A stretch of 22,008 nt of DNA from Candidatus Hydrothermarchaeota archaeon (GCA_046760505.1 JBHIEG010000025.1:1-22008), one strand, 5' to 3'. Shown: positions 7,674 to 17,636, numbered from the stretch's first letter. Program-made: numbers and translations. Notes: generated by a model not told the origin, from the sequence alone.

Positions 7674-8270
7674 TCATAATTTACTGATCCCTTTTTCATT
7701 GATCACGCAAATAGAAATTTCATTACCTGAGAAAACATCCCTCCCCATCGCAGCCATGAGGGCACTCCTTACAATATCAATACCTTCCTTTACATTCATC
7801 CTTTTTTTGTATTCGCCCTCTATTATTCCATAGGCTATTGGAGAGCCAGATCCAGTAGATATAACATTTTCTTCAATAACGCTCCCTACGGCGTCTAAAG
7901 AGAATAGACGAGGTCTCTCGTCGTATCCACCTATAACAAGTTGAACCATGAAAGGATAGATCTTGTAGTAGTGGAGTATGTTGGCCATCAACGTAGCCGT
8001 AGCCTCCACTGGCATGGGTCTGCCTGTTCTCATACGGTATAGTTTTGCTTCTGCCTGAGCATACCTCATGAGTCCTTGGGCATCTGATACCACACCGGAT
8101 GTGGTAGCAGCGATGTGTGTATCTATTTCAAAAATCTTCTCGAACTTTTTATGAACTATTAGATTGCCCATGGAAACTCTTGTTTCTGTTCCCAACACAA
8201 CCCCATCATCGCACACTACGCCTACAGTTGTTGTTCCTTTTAGGGTAGGTTTATCACCTACAAAACCCAT
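7674..8270 (-). CDS. psmB: Proteasome subunit beta
   Basis: Short propeptide ending LKG followed by TTTVG (catalytic Thr); GSGSPIAYG, RDVFSG. ATG 8270 preferred to the 8378 extension, which covers a promoter. Confidence 0.95.
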   Translation of the reverse strand: MGFVGDKPTLKGTTTVGVVCDDGVVLGTETRVSMGNLIVHKKFEKIFEIDTHIAATTSGVVSDAQGLMRYAQAEAKLYRMRTGRPMPVEATATLMANILHYYKIYPFMVQLVIGGYDERPRLFSLDAVGSVIEENVISTGSGSPIAYGIIEGEYKKRMNVKEGIDIVRSALMAAMGRDVFSGNEISICVINEKGISKL

Positions 8271-8348
8271 TAAAACACCATCCGTTGCAAGAATGTATGA
8301 TTCATAAGAGAGTATCGTTAGAAGTATACATATCAAGTCACTCTTCTG

Positions 8349-8365
8349 ATATATAAGCCTTTTTC
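8349..8365 (-). promoter_or_regulatory. BRE/TATA promoter for psmB-aCPSF1
   Basis: Minus strand GAAAAAGGC-TTATATAT in the proS-psmB gap. Confidence 0.55.
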
Positions 8366-8378
8366 TCAGGTCTGCCAA

Positions 8379-9794
8379 TTAATATGTTTTTGCAATGAGG
8401 GCTTGCTTTTTTGATGGTTTGCGGCATACTATGCACACGCCATCACTTTCTTTGAGAGGTATGCCTATTATATCTGCATCAGAGATTTCTTCTATCTCCC
8501 TTCCACATTCTTCTGTGTTACACCAGCCTGTTTTTATGACTCCTCCTTTTTTGATTGTTTCGTTTAATTCTCGTATGGTTTCTACCTCCTTTATCATTGA
8601 CTCCATTTTACGCCACGCCTTTTCTTTTAAATCACTTGAAATAGCCTTTAAAAGATTTTTAAGGTTGTTTGATAGGTTAATAGTATCTATTACTGCTTTT
8701 TCTCGCGTATCTCTTCTAACGACGGTTACAACATCGTTTGCTGCATCCTTCGGACCTATCTCTATTCTTAGAGGAACTCCTTTAATTTCCCAGTCGTAGT
8801 ATTTTCTACCTGGGCGAATATTCCTCCAATCTACGTAATATTTTATTCCTGAGTCCCTCAACGTTTTTTCAATCTTTTCGGTATGTTTCCTTATTTCTTC
8901 CTCCGCGTTCTTATAGAGAATGGGTACCAAAACAACTTGATATGGAGCCACCGATGGTGGGAGTATCAAACCGTCTTTATCTCCGTGTATCGCAATGATG
9001 GATGCAATCACCCTGTCTGACATACCATAGCAAGTTTGATATGCATAATCATGGTCTCCGGTCTCAGTCTCAAACACTATGTCAAATGTCTTTGAGAATG
9101 TTTGCCCTAGATTGTGAACCGTTCCTATTTGAAGGGTTCTTCCATCCGGAAATATCGTGTCAAATGCGATGGTGTATATTGCCCCGGGAAACTTGTCCCA
9201 GTCTGGCCTTCTCGTTATCATGTAAGGTATGCACAGTCTATCAAAAAATCTTTTGTAAACCTCTATTGCCTCTTCTACCTGTTTTTCTGCATCTTCCATG
9301 GTAGCATGCGCTGTATGCGCCTCTTTAAATGTCGTAATCTCTCTCAATCTTAGCAGAGGTCTTGTGTGTTTCGTTTCATATCTAAATGTACTTACAATCT
9401 GATAGACCTTTATGGGCATGTCCTTGTGAGATCTTATCCATAAAGAGAACATGGGGTAGATTGCCGTCTCGGAAGTCGGTCTTAGCGCCAGCTTTACGTT
9501 TAAAGGAGTTGATCCACCATGAGTCACCCAAAAAACTTCGTCTTCAAAACCTTTTATGTGAGTGGACTCCTTTCCTAATTCATCTTCAGGAATAAGTAAA
9601 GGAAACAGAGTTTCTTCATGTCCTGTTTCATCCAAAAGCTCCCTTATGATATCCGTACACCGCTTTCTAATCTTAAATCCGTATGGAAACCAAACGTAAA
9701 GTCCTTTGATTGGATATCTCACATCTAAAATTTCTGCGCTTTCAATTATCTTGTTGAACCATTCCCCAAAATTGTTGTTCTCCATTATTTTCAC
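8379..9794 (-). CDS. proS: Proline--tRNA ligase (archaeal/eukaryotic type)
   Basis: [34 protein letters not shown]-terminal CIVC...IAKTY. Start 9794 or 9785. Confidence 0.97.
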   Translation of the reverse strand: MKIMENNNFGEWFNKIIESAEILDVRYPIKGLYVWFPYGFKIRKRCTDIIRELLDETGHEETLFPLLIPEDELGKESTHIKGFEDEVFWVTHGGSTPLNVKLALRPTSETAIYPMFSLWIRSHKDMPIKVYQIVSTFRYETKHTRPLLRLREITTFKEAHTAHATMEDAEKQVEEAIEVYKRFFDRLCIPYMITRRPDWDKFPGAIYTIAFDTIFPDGRTLQIGTVHNLGQTFSKTFDIVFETETGDHDYAYQTCYGMSDRVIASIIAIHGDKDGLILPPSVAPYQVVLVPILYKNAEEEIRKHTEKIEKTLRDSGIKYYVDWRNIRPGRKYYDWEIKGVPLRIEIGPKDAANDVVTVVRRDTREKAVIDTINLSNNLKNLLKAISSDLKEKAWRKMESMIKEVETIRELNETIKKGGVIKTGWCNTEECGREIEEISDADIIGIPLKESDGVCIVCRKPSKKQALIAKTY

Positions 9795-9809
9795 CGAGTT
9801 GCTAATTTT

Positions 9810-10667
9810 TCATACGCCCATAATGACTCTTAGTATATCCCGCGTTCCCGGTGCGAACCCCAGTGCGAATATGGTTATCTTCACTATATTCTTTAGTTGT
9901 TCATCTTCTTCTAAATCTATTATATAAACTACGGGTAAGATTACTGCTAGTTTTAGGGGAAACATTGTCCATGCACCAAAGGACTCTATGAAGAGTCTAG
10001 GAAGAACATGCTGCTCGATATAACCATAGAATTGAATTCCGATGAACGTTGCACCAGCATCCCACATATGGGCTGATATCAACAGGGTATTTATCCAAGA
10101 AAAAATTCTGGGGACAAAAAATTTTATACTCAAGCAAACTAGGACGGTTAAAACCGCGGTAAGGAGTATTTCTATCCCTAGAGGCATTAAGGTTCGCACG
10201 TTATTAATGATAAGATAGACATTGGGTAAACAAAAGAAGAATCCCAGTAAAAAAGTTGGAATGTAATAATCAGGTATACGGTAAAGCGTTATACTGGAAT
10301 GCGACTTGTAAGATGATTTTTTGGACAATTCTTCAATCGAGCGAAATAATAGGACTGCTGAAACCAAGAGGAGCAGTGTGAGTACGTAGATACCCGGGGT
10401 TACTAGAAGGTAGGAAAATGCATAATACCCTCCATCCACCAAAGCGCGAGTACTGGCTCCAAAAAAAAGAAAGGGAATCACAGAAACAAAAAATTTCTCA
10501 TCAATATTCACTTTGTATCTTTTAAATAGACGAAATACAAAAAATATAGCCAATATGAGAAAGATGCCGTAGGTAAGGGTGTTAACCACGTTGTATCCTG
10601 TGTGATACTTTATCGGGTATACAAAGTATTTATCTAAGAAACTTTCTATGAAACCCAAATCAACCAC
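9810..10667 (-). CDS. DUF63 family multi-pass membrane protein
   Basis: YFVYPI...GYNVVNTLTY, RALVD, AHMWDAGATFIG, YIEQHVLP, LGFAPGTRD. Confidence 0.85.
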   Translation of the reverse strand: MVDLGFIESFLDKYFVYPIKYHTGYNVVNTLTYGIFLILAIFFVFRLFKRYKVNIDEKFFVSVIPFLFFGASTRALVDGGYYAFSYLLVTPGIYVLTLLLLVSAVLLFRSIEELSKKSSYKSHSSITLYRIPDYYIPTFLLGFFFCLPNVYLIINNVRTLMPLGIEILLTAVLTVLVCLSIKFFVPRIFSWINTLLISAHMWDAGATFIGIQFYGYIEQHVLPRLFIESFGAWTMFPLKLAVILPVVYIIDLEEDEQLKNIVKITIFALGFAPGTRDILRVIMGV

Positions 10668-10679
10668 CTAGGGATATAC

Positions 10680-11726
10680 ATGCTTAGTATGCAGTTGCCG
10701 CGCGAAGTACTTTATGGTAACGGAGTTATAGAGGACATAGGAAATTTGTGTAAGAGATTAAATTTTGGAAGCCCCATTCTGGTTACCTCTGGAAGAACCA
10801 CATATAAGGTTGCCGGTGAGAAGGTTACCGAAATACTGACAGATTCGAATTATAAAATATTTGACTGCATAATATCGTCACCTTCTATCCAAGAGGTAAA
10901 TAGAGTGAAGGAAATGATAAGAGAGACTTCTCCTTCAGTTCTCATTGGAGTGGGTGGTGGTAAGGTAATCGATGTCACAAAAATGGCATCAGCCAAGATG
11001 GACATAGATTTCATAAGCGTGCCTACATGCGCTTCTCATGATGGTATAGCTTCTCCTAGAGCCTCAATCAGCAACTACGATGATCAAAAAGTATCTGTTC
11101 ATGCAAGAACGCCCATAGCGATAGTGGCTGATACAAAGATAATTTCAAAGGCGCCTGAACAGCTACTGAAGGCTGGATGTGGAGACATAATAGCAAACTC
11201 AACCGCGGTCAGAGACTGGGAGTTGGCTTACAAATTAAGAAACGAAGAATACAGTGAGTATGCTTCTGCCCTTTCAAAAATGACATCAGAAATCATAATT
11301 AATCAGGCAAAAAATATAAAGAAAGGTCTTGAAGAGAGCGTTAGACTGGTCGTCAAGGCGCTGATATCAAGCGGAGTCGCCATGAGCATTGCAGGAAGCA
11401 GCAGACCCGCAAGTGGCTCTGAACACAAGTTCAGTCACGCTTTAGATATGATCGCCCCAAAACCTGCGCTACACGGAGAACAGTGCGGGGTTGGAACCAT
11501 ACTGATGATGAAACTTCATGGCGGAAACTGGTTGGAGATAAAAGAGGCATTAGATACCATTGGCCTGCCTACCACAGCCAAAGAACTAGGCATTGAAGAA
11601 GAATTCATAATCGAGGCTTTAACGAAGGCTCATCTGATAAGGCCAGAAAGGTACACAATCCTGGGTGACAAAGGAATAAAAAAAGAGGCGGCTGAAAGAT
11701 TGGCGAGAGAGACTGGGGTGATTTGA
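10680..11726 (+). CDS. egsA: NAD(P)-dependent glycerol-1-phosphate dehydrogenase
   Basis: MQLPREV, GVGGGKVID, ASHDGIAS, SRPASGSEHKFSHALD, ALHGEQCG, RPERYTILG. Confidence 0.96.
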   Translation: MLSMQLPREVLYGNGVIEDIGNLCKRLNFGSPILVTSGRTTYKVAGEKVTEILTDSNYKIFDCIISSPSIQEVNRVKEMIRETSPSVLIGVGGGKVIDVTKMASAKMDIDFISVPTCASHDGIASPRASISNYDDQKVSVHARTPIAIVADTKIISKAPEQLLKAGCGDIIANSTAVRDWELAYKLRNEEYSEYASALSKMTSEIIINQAKNIKKGLEESVRLVVKALISSGVAMSIAGSSRPASGSEHKFSHALDMIAPKPALHGEQCGVGTILMMKLHGGNWLEIKEALDTIGLPTTAKELGIEEEFIIEALTKAHLIRPERYTILGDKGIKKEAAERLARETGVI

Positions 11727-11727
11727 A

Positions 11728-12177
11728 TTGACTCAGATAATAACCCTCCTTGGAACTAAGTTGGCAAAACCAGGCATATCCTTCCTTTACTGCGGGTTTA
11801 CAGAAGAGTGTGAGAGATGCAAACTCTTCCACGTATGCCATGAAAATCTGGAGCCAGGGAGGATATACAAGGTCGTGGAAGTTAGGGAATCTCATCACAA
11901 CTGTCCCGTCCATGAAGGAGGAGTTCTGGTAGTTGCCGTAGAAGAATCACCGATAAAGATATTGCTAGACTCGAGAAAAGCAATAGAGGGGAGTGTAATC
12001 TCATACTCAACCATGGAATGTGATTACTCGGATTATTGTGATTTAAAAGAATTGTGCATTCCTGTCGGTCTATTGGACGGTGATAGATGTAGAGTACTGC
12101 ATATAGATGCCGAAGTAACCGAAGAATGTAAGAAAGGCCTTAAATTTGTCGTGGCAGAAGTTATGAGGGTAAGATAA
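11728..12177 (+). CDS. UPF0179 family protein
   Basis: ITLLGTKLAKPG, CERC...C, CPVHEGG; Cys-rich; known adjacency to egsA. Confidence 0.88.
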   Translation: MTQIITLLGTKLAKPGISFLYCGFTEECERCKLFHVCHENLEPGRIYKVVEVRESHHNCPVHEGGVLVVAVEESPIKILLDSRKAIEGSVISYSTMECDYSDYCDLKELCIPVGLLDGDRCRVLHIDAEVTEECKKGLKFVVAEVMRVR

Positions 12178-12178
12178 A

Positions 12179-13747
12179 ATGAAAGAAGATTGCGTAGCCC
12201 TCCTAACTATCTTGGATGGATTTAACACAAAATGGTTGAATCAGGCTGCGATGCCAAACATTAAGGAGATCTTGGAAACAGGTTGTGGCACTTTAAGGTG
12301 TAAATCGGTTTATCCCTCGGTAACCTACACCGCACATTGTTCCCTCCTTACAGGAGAATATCCTAGCGTGCATGGTATAGTTGGGAACTGTTTTTATGAG
12401 AAAAAGGCTCAGCGTTCGATCAACTTCGATGTTGATGACGTGAATGAGTATCTCCAGACAAGTACTATTTTCGAAAAAATCAATGGAATAACCGCTGCAA
12501 TTGGAGAGCCCATAACTCGTGGAGCAGATATTGTGATATCGAAGAGTAAGGTTCAGGAGAAACCTCTGTGGAAACAGGATGAATACTGCACAGAGGAAGC
12601 GATAAGAATTATGGAAAACAACTCTCCCCAACTTCTACTGATAAATTTTACATCCATTGACAGGATTGCTGAAAAATATGGTCCATTTAGCAAAGAAGTA
12701 ATGAAAGCAGTTGAAAATGCGGATAGACTGATAGGTACGCTAAAGACACATTTAAACAGGAATTATAAGGATTACCTACTTTTAGTAACCGCCGACCACG
12801 GAATGACCACTGTTAATAGCAATATCAACCTAAGTGAAATTCTAGGAGGAGTAGAAGCGAATATATTCCCCTCTCATAGATTTGCCCATATTTACTTAGA
12901 TCATGATGAAGTGAGCGACGTCCGAAATATTTTGGAATCGGACGAGAGGATTGAACTGATTTTAACTCTGGAGGAATCGCGAAAGATAAATTTATTTAAC
13001 CAAAGAACAGGTCATCTAATAGTTTCGGCAGAAAAGGGCTATGAGTTAACAGATGAAAGACTGAAGGGGAGTCACGGAGGTATAACGGATGATGAGATGT
13101 ATGTACCCCTCATAATAAATAAGCCCGAATACCACGATGTTTTAGAAAATGCAACCATCTTAGATGTTCAAATGATAATATTTCGATATTTTAACGAAAA
13201 AGAAGCAGAAAAATTGGTGAAAAATAAATTAAAAGACTCCGACCCTGCGCATAACTGGAATCATGTGAAGAGAGTTTTAAGAAGGGCGACTGACCTTGCC
13301 ATGACACAACGAGCTCGAATAGAGATGGTACGTATGAGTTGCATATTTCATGATGTTGAAAGGAAAGAAGTAGAAAATCATGCAAAAAGGGGGGCTGAAC
13401 TTGCAGAAAAATTTCTTAAACAAAAAGGATACTCAGAGGATTTCATAAGGGGGGTGAAGGAATCCATACTTCAGCATCATGAAAAGCCAGAGGAATTAAA
13501 AACTGTTGAGGCGAAAATACTTTGGGATGCAGACAAATTAGATGCATTAGGCCTTATTGGACTGATAAGATGCCTCAAAGAAGCAGAATTTGAGAAAAAA
13601 TCTTTGGAAGATGCTATACTGCATTTTGAAAGAGATAACGAACAATTCAAATTTGCCATGCACTTCGATGAAACTCAAAAGACTGCTTTTGAGGAGGTGC
13701 AAATAGTAGAGGAACTCCTCAAAAAGATTAAAAAAGAGTACACTTAG
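12179..13747 (+). CDS. Alkaline-phosphatase-superfamily (NPP-type) phosphodiesterase fused to an HD phosphohydrolase domain
   Basis: N-terminal ILDG, PSVT (Thr49 nucleophile), LLTGEYPSVHGIVGN, TADHG, GSHGG. C-terminal PAHNWNHVKRV, FHDV, QHH, DADKLDALG. Confidence 0.85.
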   Translation: MKEDCVALLTILDGFNTKWLNQAAMPNIKEILETGCGTLRCKSVYPSVTYTAHCSLLTGEYPSVHGIVGNCFYEKKAQRSINFDVDDVNEYLQTSTIFEKINGITAAIGEPITRGADIVISKSKVQEKPLWKQDEYCTEEAIRIMENNSPQLLLINFTSIDRIAEKYGPFSKEVMKAVENADRLIGTLKTHLNRNYKDYLLLVTADHGMTTVNSNINLSEILGGVEANIFPSHRFAHIYLDHDEVSDVRNILESDERIELILTLEESRKINLFNQRTGHLIVSAEKGYELTDERLKGSHGGITDDEMYVPLIINKPEYHDVLENATILDVQMIIFRYFNEKEAEKLVKNKLKDSDPAHNWNHVKRVLRRATDLAMTQRARIEMVRMSCIFHDVERKEVENHAKRGAELAEKFLKQKGYSEDFIRGVKESILQHHEKPEELKTVEAKILWDADKLDALGLIGLIRCLKEAEFEKKSLEDAILHFERDNEQFKFAMHFDETQKTAFEEVQIVEELLKKIKKEYT

Positions 13748-13945
13748 ATGAATCTTAAGAACATAGAAATCCCTGAGATATCCCAAAGTTCACTTGTTTT
13801 TCAGGTAAATCATTCATCTTTGAATAAATTATTAGAATTCTGTTTAAACCATGAGCATTTTTAACCCGTAAAAGTTAAATTATAAGAGATTTATTTTCAG
13901 ACCTTTCTCCAAAAACTATTTTAACCACATCTTTTAGAGTGAGGG

Positions 13946-14935
13946 ATGGTGGTGAATTTGGAGGAAGTAAGCGTTAATGAATACGCAGCTGAATTGGTGG
14001 AAGGAATGATTGATCAATCTGAGGAGTTAAAGATAGATTGCATTGAGTTAGATAACGGTACGATGGTCATTGATTGTGGAGTTAATGTTACCGGAAGTTA
14101 TGAGGCGGGTGCTATCTTTACAGAAGCATGTATGGGCGGATTGGCGACTGCAACCATCTCTTACGCTACATTCGAAGATCTTTCATTACCTGCTATAAAT
14201 GTACAAACAAATCATCCAGCAATCGCTTGCTTAGGTGCCCAAAAGGCTGGATGGCAGATCAGCGTAGAGAAATTCTTTGCCTTGGGATCCGGTCCTGCCA
14301 GGGCTCTTGCATTAAAGCCCAAAAAAACCTATGAAAAGATAGACTACAAAGATGATTCAGAAGTGGGTGTAATAGCCCTAGAGACAAGAACGATTCCGAA
14401 CGAAGACGTTGCTGATTTCATAGCCGATGCATGTGGTATCGAATCAGAGGATCTTTACATACTTGTAGCTCCAACCGCATCTCTGGTCGGATCCGTTCAA
14501 ATTGCAGGAAGAATAGTTGAGAACGGAATATTCAAGCTTTCAGAGGGGTTGCACTATGATGTAAAGCGCGTGAAGTATGGAGCAGGAGTTTCTCCGATTG
14601 CGCCTGTCTATCCAGACGATACCAGGGCAATGGGAATCACAAATGACATGCCTATGTACGGAGGAAGGACATTTTACGCAATAGAGCCGGAAGAAGGAGA
14701 CAATTTGGAAGAAATCACCAAGAAAATACCTTCTTCTTCATCAAGAGACTATGGAAAACCTTTCTTTGATATATTCAAAGACGCAGGGTATGACTTTTAT
14801 AAAATAGATCCAGGAATCTTCGCCCCTGCAGAAGTTATGATAAACGATCTGAAAACAGGAAAAGTCTACAGAGCAGGAAAAGTGAATGTGGAGGTGCTCA
14901 AACAGTCAATTGGGCTACAGGATTTGGGCATCTAA
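13946..14935 (+). CDS. mch: Methenyltetrahydromethanopterin cyclohydrolase
   Basis: SVNE, IDCGV, CMGGLA, ACLGAQKAGW, GSGPARALA, APTASLVGSVQIAGR, YDFYKIDPGIFAPAEV. Confidence 0.96.
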   Translation: MVVNLEEVSVNEYAAELVEGMIDQSEELKIDCIELDNGTMVIDCGVNVTGSYEAGAIFTEACMGGLATATISYATFEDLSLPAINVQTNHPAIACLGAQKAGWQISVEKFFALGSGPARALALKPKKTYEKIDYKDDSEVGVIALETRTIPNEDVADFIADACGIESEDLYILVAPTASLVGSVQIAGRIVENGIFKLSEGLHYDVKRVKYGAGVSPIAPVYPDDTRAMGITNDMPMYGGRTFYAIEPEEGDNLEEITKKIPSSSSRDYGKPFFDIFKDAGYDFYKIDPGIFAPAEVMINDLKTGKVYRAGKVNVEVLKQSIGLQDLGI

Positions 14936-15289
14936 TCTCTTCTTATCTTTATCCCTCAGTAAGGGTCTCACCGCATCCAGAGCACTTTTCGCAGAACTAA
15001 TACTCATCCTCAGCCACCTTTCCGCTTCCGCTACGGTAATCCCCTGGAGGTATAACCATTTGTCGAAGTTATAATTTTCTTTTCCCTTAGACACCTCAAA
15101 TCCTCTTTTTTTAAATTCATCCACAATTTTTTCGTAGTTATACATGATTTCATCAATATTGAATGGAACATAAAACAGTACTCCCTCTCTTGTCAAAATA
15201 ATGTGGAAAGAATCTCTTTTAAAGTGATACTTGCTGACCTCAACAAAATCCATTTTGGTGAGCAGATGGATTACATCTTCCAATTTCAT
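14915..15289 (-). CDS. Hypothetical protein
   Basis: 124-aa ORF filling the mch-rps8e gap with typical composition; TATA-like TTTAAAAA upstream; no family recognised. Confidence 0.7.
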   Translation of the reverse strand: MKLEDVIHLLTKMDFVEVSKYHFKRDSFHIILTREGVLFYVPFNIDEIMYNYEKIVDEFKKRGFEVSKGKENYNFDKWLYLQGITVAEAERWLRMSISSAKSALDAVRPLLRDKDKKRLDAQIL

Positions 15290-15367
15290 GGATTATAGTT
15301 CTGGCAAAACTTTTTAAATGTTACTGTAGATTTTTACATAGATCTATTGGGGAAAAGAGGTGTTTAA

Positions 15368-15745
15368 TTGACCCAATGGCACGGAAGATCTTTAAGGAAA
15401 ATAACAGGCGGTAGAAAAAGACCTCACAGAAAAAAGAGAAAGTTTGAATTAGGAAGGCCTCCTGCCCAAACAACGATTGAAAAGCCTAGAGTAAAGAAAA
15501 TCAGAACTAGGGGGGGCAATCAAAAGTTAAGGATTCTATCAACGGATCTTGTAAACGTTACAAACACAAAAACAGGTGAATCAAAGGTAGTAAAGTTATT
15601 GAAGGTCCTAGAGAATCCAGCAAATCCGCATTTTGTTACCAGAAACATAGTGACAAAAGGCGCGATAGTGCAAACGGAAATAGGCAAGGCGAAGGTAACC
15701 AGTAGACCGGGGCAGCATGGCGTCGTAAATGCAATTTTAATATAA
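15368..15745 (+). CDS. rps8e: 30S ribosomal protein S8e
   Basis: [39 protein letters not shown]; TTG start after GAGGTG. Confidence 0.97.
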   Translation: MTQWHGRSLRKITGGRKRPHRKKRKFELGRPPAQTTIEKPRVKKIRTRGGNQKLRILSTDLVNVTNTKTGESKVVKLLKVLENPANPHFVTRNIVTKGAIVQTEIGKAKVTSRPGQHGVVNAILI

Positions 15746-15765
15746 ATCATAAATTTTTAGTTAAA

Positions 15766-16293
15766 ATGGAAGCAAGTGATGAAGGTTTTATACAGCTTTG
15801 GAATGTATACTCCAAACTATTTGTTTATCTTCAAAAAAAAGGAGTAGATTTATCTCCCTCCCTCATTGAGGATATAAGAATTGCCAAAACCATAATTCAC
15901 ATGATGAAATATGATCCTAACAAGAACATTAGCCATGTTATGGAGCTAGAAAAAGTCCTCTTTAGAATTAATTCAGAAATGCTCCGCACACTTTATGCGC
16001 TAGATGATGAGGCCAAGAAATTCTGGGAAAAAAAGATAAATAATGCAATGATGGGAAGATTAAAGGAAGACGTATATATTCCAAAACCACCTTCGCTAAT
16101 AAGGAAAGGCAAAAAAAGATGGGTAAGGATCAGGCTTTTGCCTCGAATATCTAGGCATAGAGTGCAAGAGATATGTCTAGCCCATGATTTAGATCTCAAT
16201 TTCGAATCAGAAGACATTATAGTCATAGAAGGCGAAGAAAAAAGGATAAAGGATGCTTTAAATGAAATAAAATTTCTTTACAGCGAAAAATGA
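15766..16293 (+). CDS. DUF2096 family protein
   Basis: QLWNVYSKLFVYLQKKG...EDIRIAKTII pattern and C-terminal WVRIRL...IVIEGEEKRIKDAL. Confidence 0.7.
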   Translation: MEASDEGFIQLWNVYSKLFVYLQKKGVDLSPSLIEDIRIAKTIIHMMKYDPNKNISHVMELEKVLFRINSEMLRTLYALDDEAKKFWEKKINNAMMGRLKEDVYIPKPPSLIRKGKKRWVRIRLLPRISRHRVQEICLAHDLDLNFESEDIIVIEGEEKRIKDALNEIKFLYSEK

Positions 16294-16302
16294 GGTGTCT
16301 CC

Positions 16303-17121
16303 TTGAGGATAGTATTTTTCTTACTCATCATCCTTACTATTTCCACGGGATGTTCCTTCGTGTTAATTGATAACAAGACTGAAATAAGGTTATTTTTAAA
16401 AAATAAGAATTTTTCCATAGTTTATGGAGAAAAATCACCATTAGAAGACCAAAAAACTGCTGAAATAATCTTAAAACAGCTTACAGCAATTGGAAAGAAT
16501 GCGATGATAAACAATCCAAGATACGGAAACATTATAGTGGTTGGGGGCCCGGTGGTCAATTCTCTCGCGAGAGACTTCAACATAAATAACACCTACCCGG
16601 GTTTTGGAAACGGTATTATAACGACTAAGAAAGAGAAATTGCTAGTGGCTGGGTCTGATCGAGAAGGAACAATGAAAGCAGGAATAAAACTTTTAAAAAT
16701 AATGAGATTTATCAAGAAAACGGAAAAATTCATTCCTAAATCCATCGATAATTACTTTCTATGGATAAAAAATTCCACTTCGCCTCCTTATTGCTATGAA
16801 CACGTCAAAGCCTTATATACGAGTAGTTTGGGTGTTCCAAGTAACCTGATACTCACTGTTTTTTATAATTTAACCGATGCCGATGCTTGGTTTGAGAAAT
16901 ACAAAGACCGATTGAAAGAAAGGCTGGAATACCGTGATGTAGTCTACAATGAAACCTCAGAAGGAATTGAGTATAGATTGAACGATGAAAGGTACTACGT
17001 CTGGAAGAGGGAGAACATAGTTTTCGAGATCAAAGTATTCTCAAAGAAAGATCCCTTCTACTCCAAATACAAAAAATATTCCGATCAATTCTTTAATTTT
17101 TCGAAAAATAGCTCTAGATAA
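16303..17121 (+). CDS. Secreted protein or lipoprotein with an S-layer-like (S_layer_C-type) domain
   Basis: Signal peptide with lipobox-like STGC (Cys17); NIIVVGGPVVN and LLVAGSDREGT motifs of Methanococcales/Thermococcales S-layer-type domains. Confidence 0.7.
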   Translation: MRIVFFLLIILTISTGCSFVLIDNKTEIRLFLKNKNFSIVYGEKSPLEDQKTAEIILKQLTAIGKNAMINNPRYGNIIVVGGPVVNSLARDFNINNTYPGFGNGIITTKKEKLLVAGSDREGTMKAGIKLLKIMRFIKKTEKFIPKSIDNYFLWIKNSTSPPYCYEHVKALYTSSLGVPSNLILTVFYNLTDADAWFEKYKDRLKERLEYRDVVYNETSEGIEYRLNDERYYVWKRENIVFEIKVFSKKDPFYSKYKKYSDQFFNFSKNSSR

Positions 17122-17636
17122 GATTTTCTTTCAAAGGATGATTCATCAATTCCAAATTTTTTAAAAATTTTTATGATCTCATTTCTCGCCTTCTCCAAAT
17201 CTTCTTCTTTAGACACTTTGGTTTCTATCTCCAAAAATCTGCCCAACTCATGAACGTTATCATAGTTGATCCAGAAATTGTTAATTTTATAGATTTTTCT
17301 CTCCTTCATTATGGTAAAAACATGATTAAAACCCAATTTTTCTAGAATAATTTCCATTTTTTCCGGATCTCCTATCACTGTTTCGTATTCAACCCTGGTC
17401 TTCGAAAGAGGATCTATCTTTGGTCCTTTGTAAGTAAGTATTGAAAGATCTTCGTTTTCATATTTTCTTATTCTTAGTGCTTCATCTGTGAGTGAGAGGT
17501 CTCTGTGAGGCGCATTGAAATACCTATCTATTTGGATCTCTTTTCTTACAAACTCTGCTTCTTTCTCTATTTTATCTTGAATTATCCTGTCATCTACACC
17601 CTCTTCAACGTAGGCTTTAATCTCTACTTCAATCAT
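17085..17636 (-). CDS. cyaB: CYTH-domain protein (class IV adenylate cyclase-like, triphosphate tunnel enzyme)
   Basis: EVEIK, QIDRYF, DEALRIR, LTYKGPKID, LGRFLEIE, KSYLEL. Confidence 0.92.
   Translation of the reverse strand: MIEVEIKAYVEEGVDDRIIQDKIEKEAEFVRKEIQIDRYFNAPHRDLSLTDEALRIRKYENEDLSILTYKGPKIDPLSKTRVEYETVIGDPEKMEIILEKLGFNHVFTIMKERKIYKINNFWINYDNVHELGRFLEIETKVSKEEDLEKARNEIIKIFKKFGIDESSFERKSYLELFFEKLKN

Noticed and set aside
7645-7676. TGA read-through or selenocysteine at the psmB end
   Set aside because: Would add only a few residues before another TGA; no SECIS-like structure and no catalytic rationale.
8271-8378. N-terminal extension of psmB in the ORF track
   Set aside because: Covers a clear BRE/TATA; ATG 8270 gives a normal short propeptide.
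13842-13926. Repeated ATTTTAACC upstream of mch
   Set aside because: Short AT-rich match that overlaps TATA-like sequence; expected by chance.
15290-15765. SRP RNA next to rps8e, a linkage seen in some archaea
   Set aside because: The flanking gaps are 78 and 20 bp and AT-rich; no room for it.
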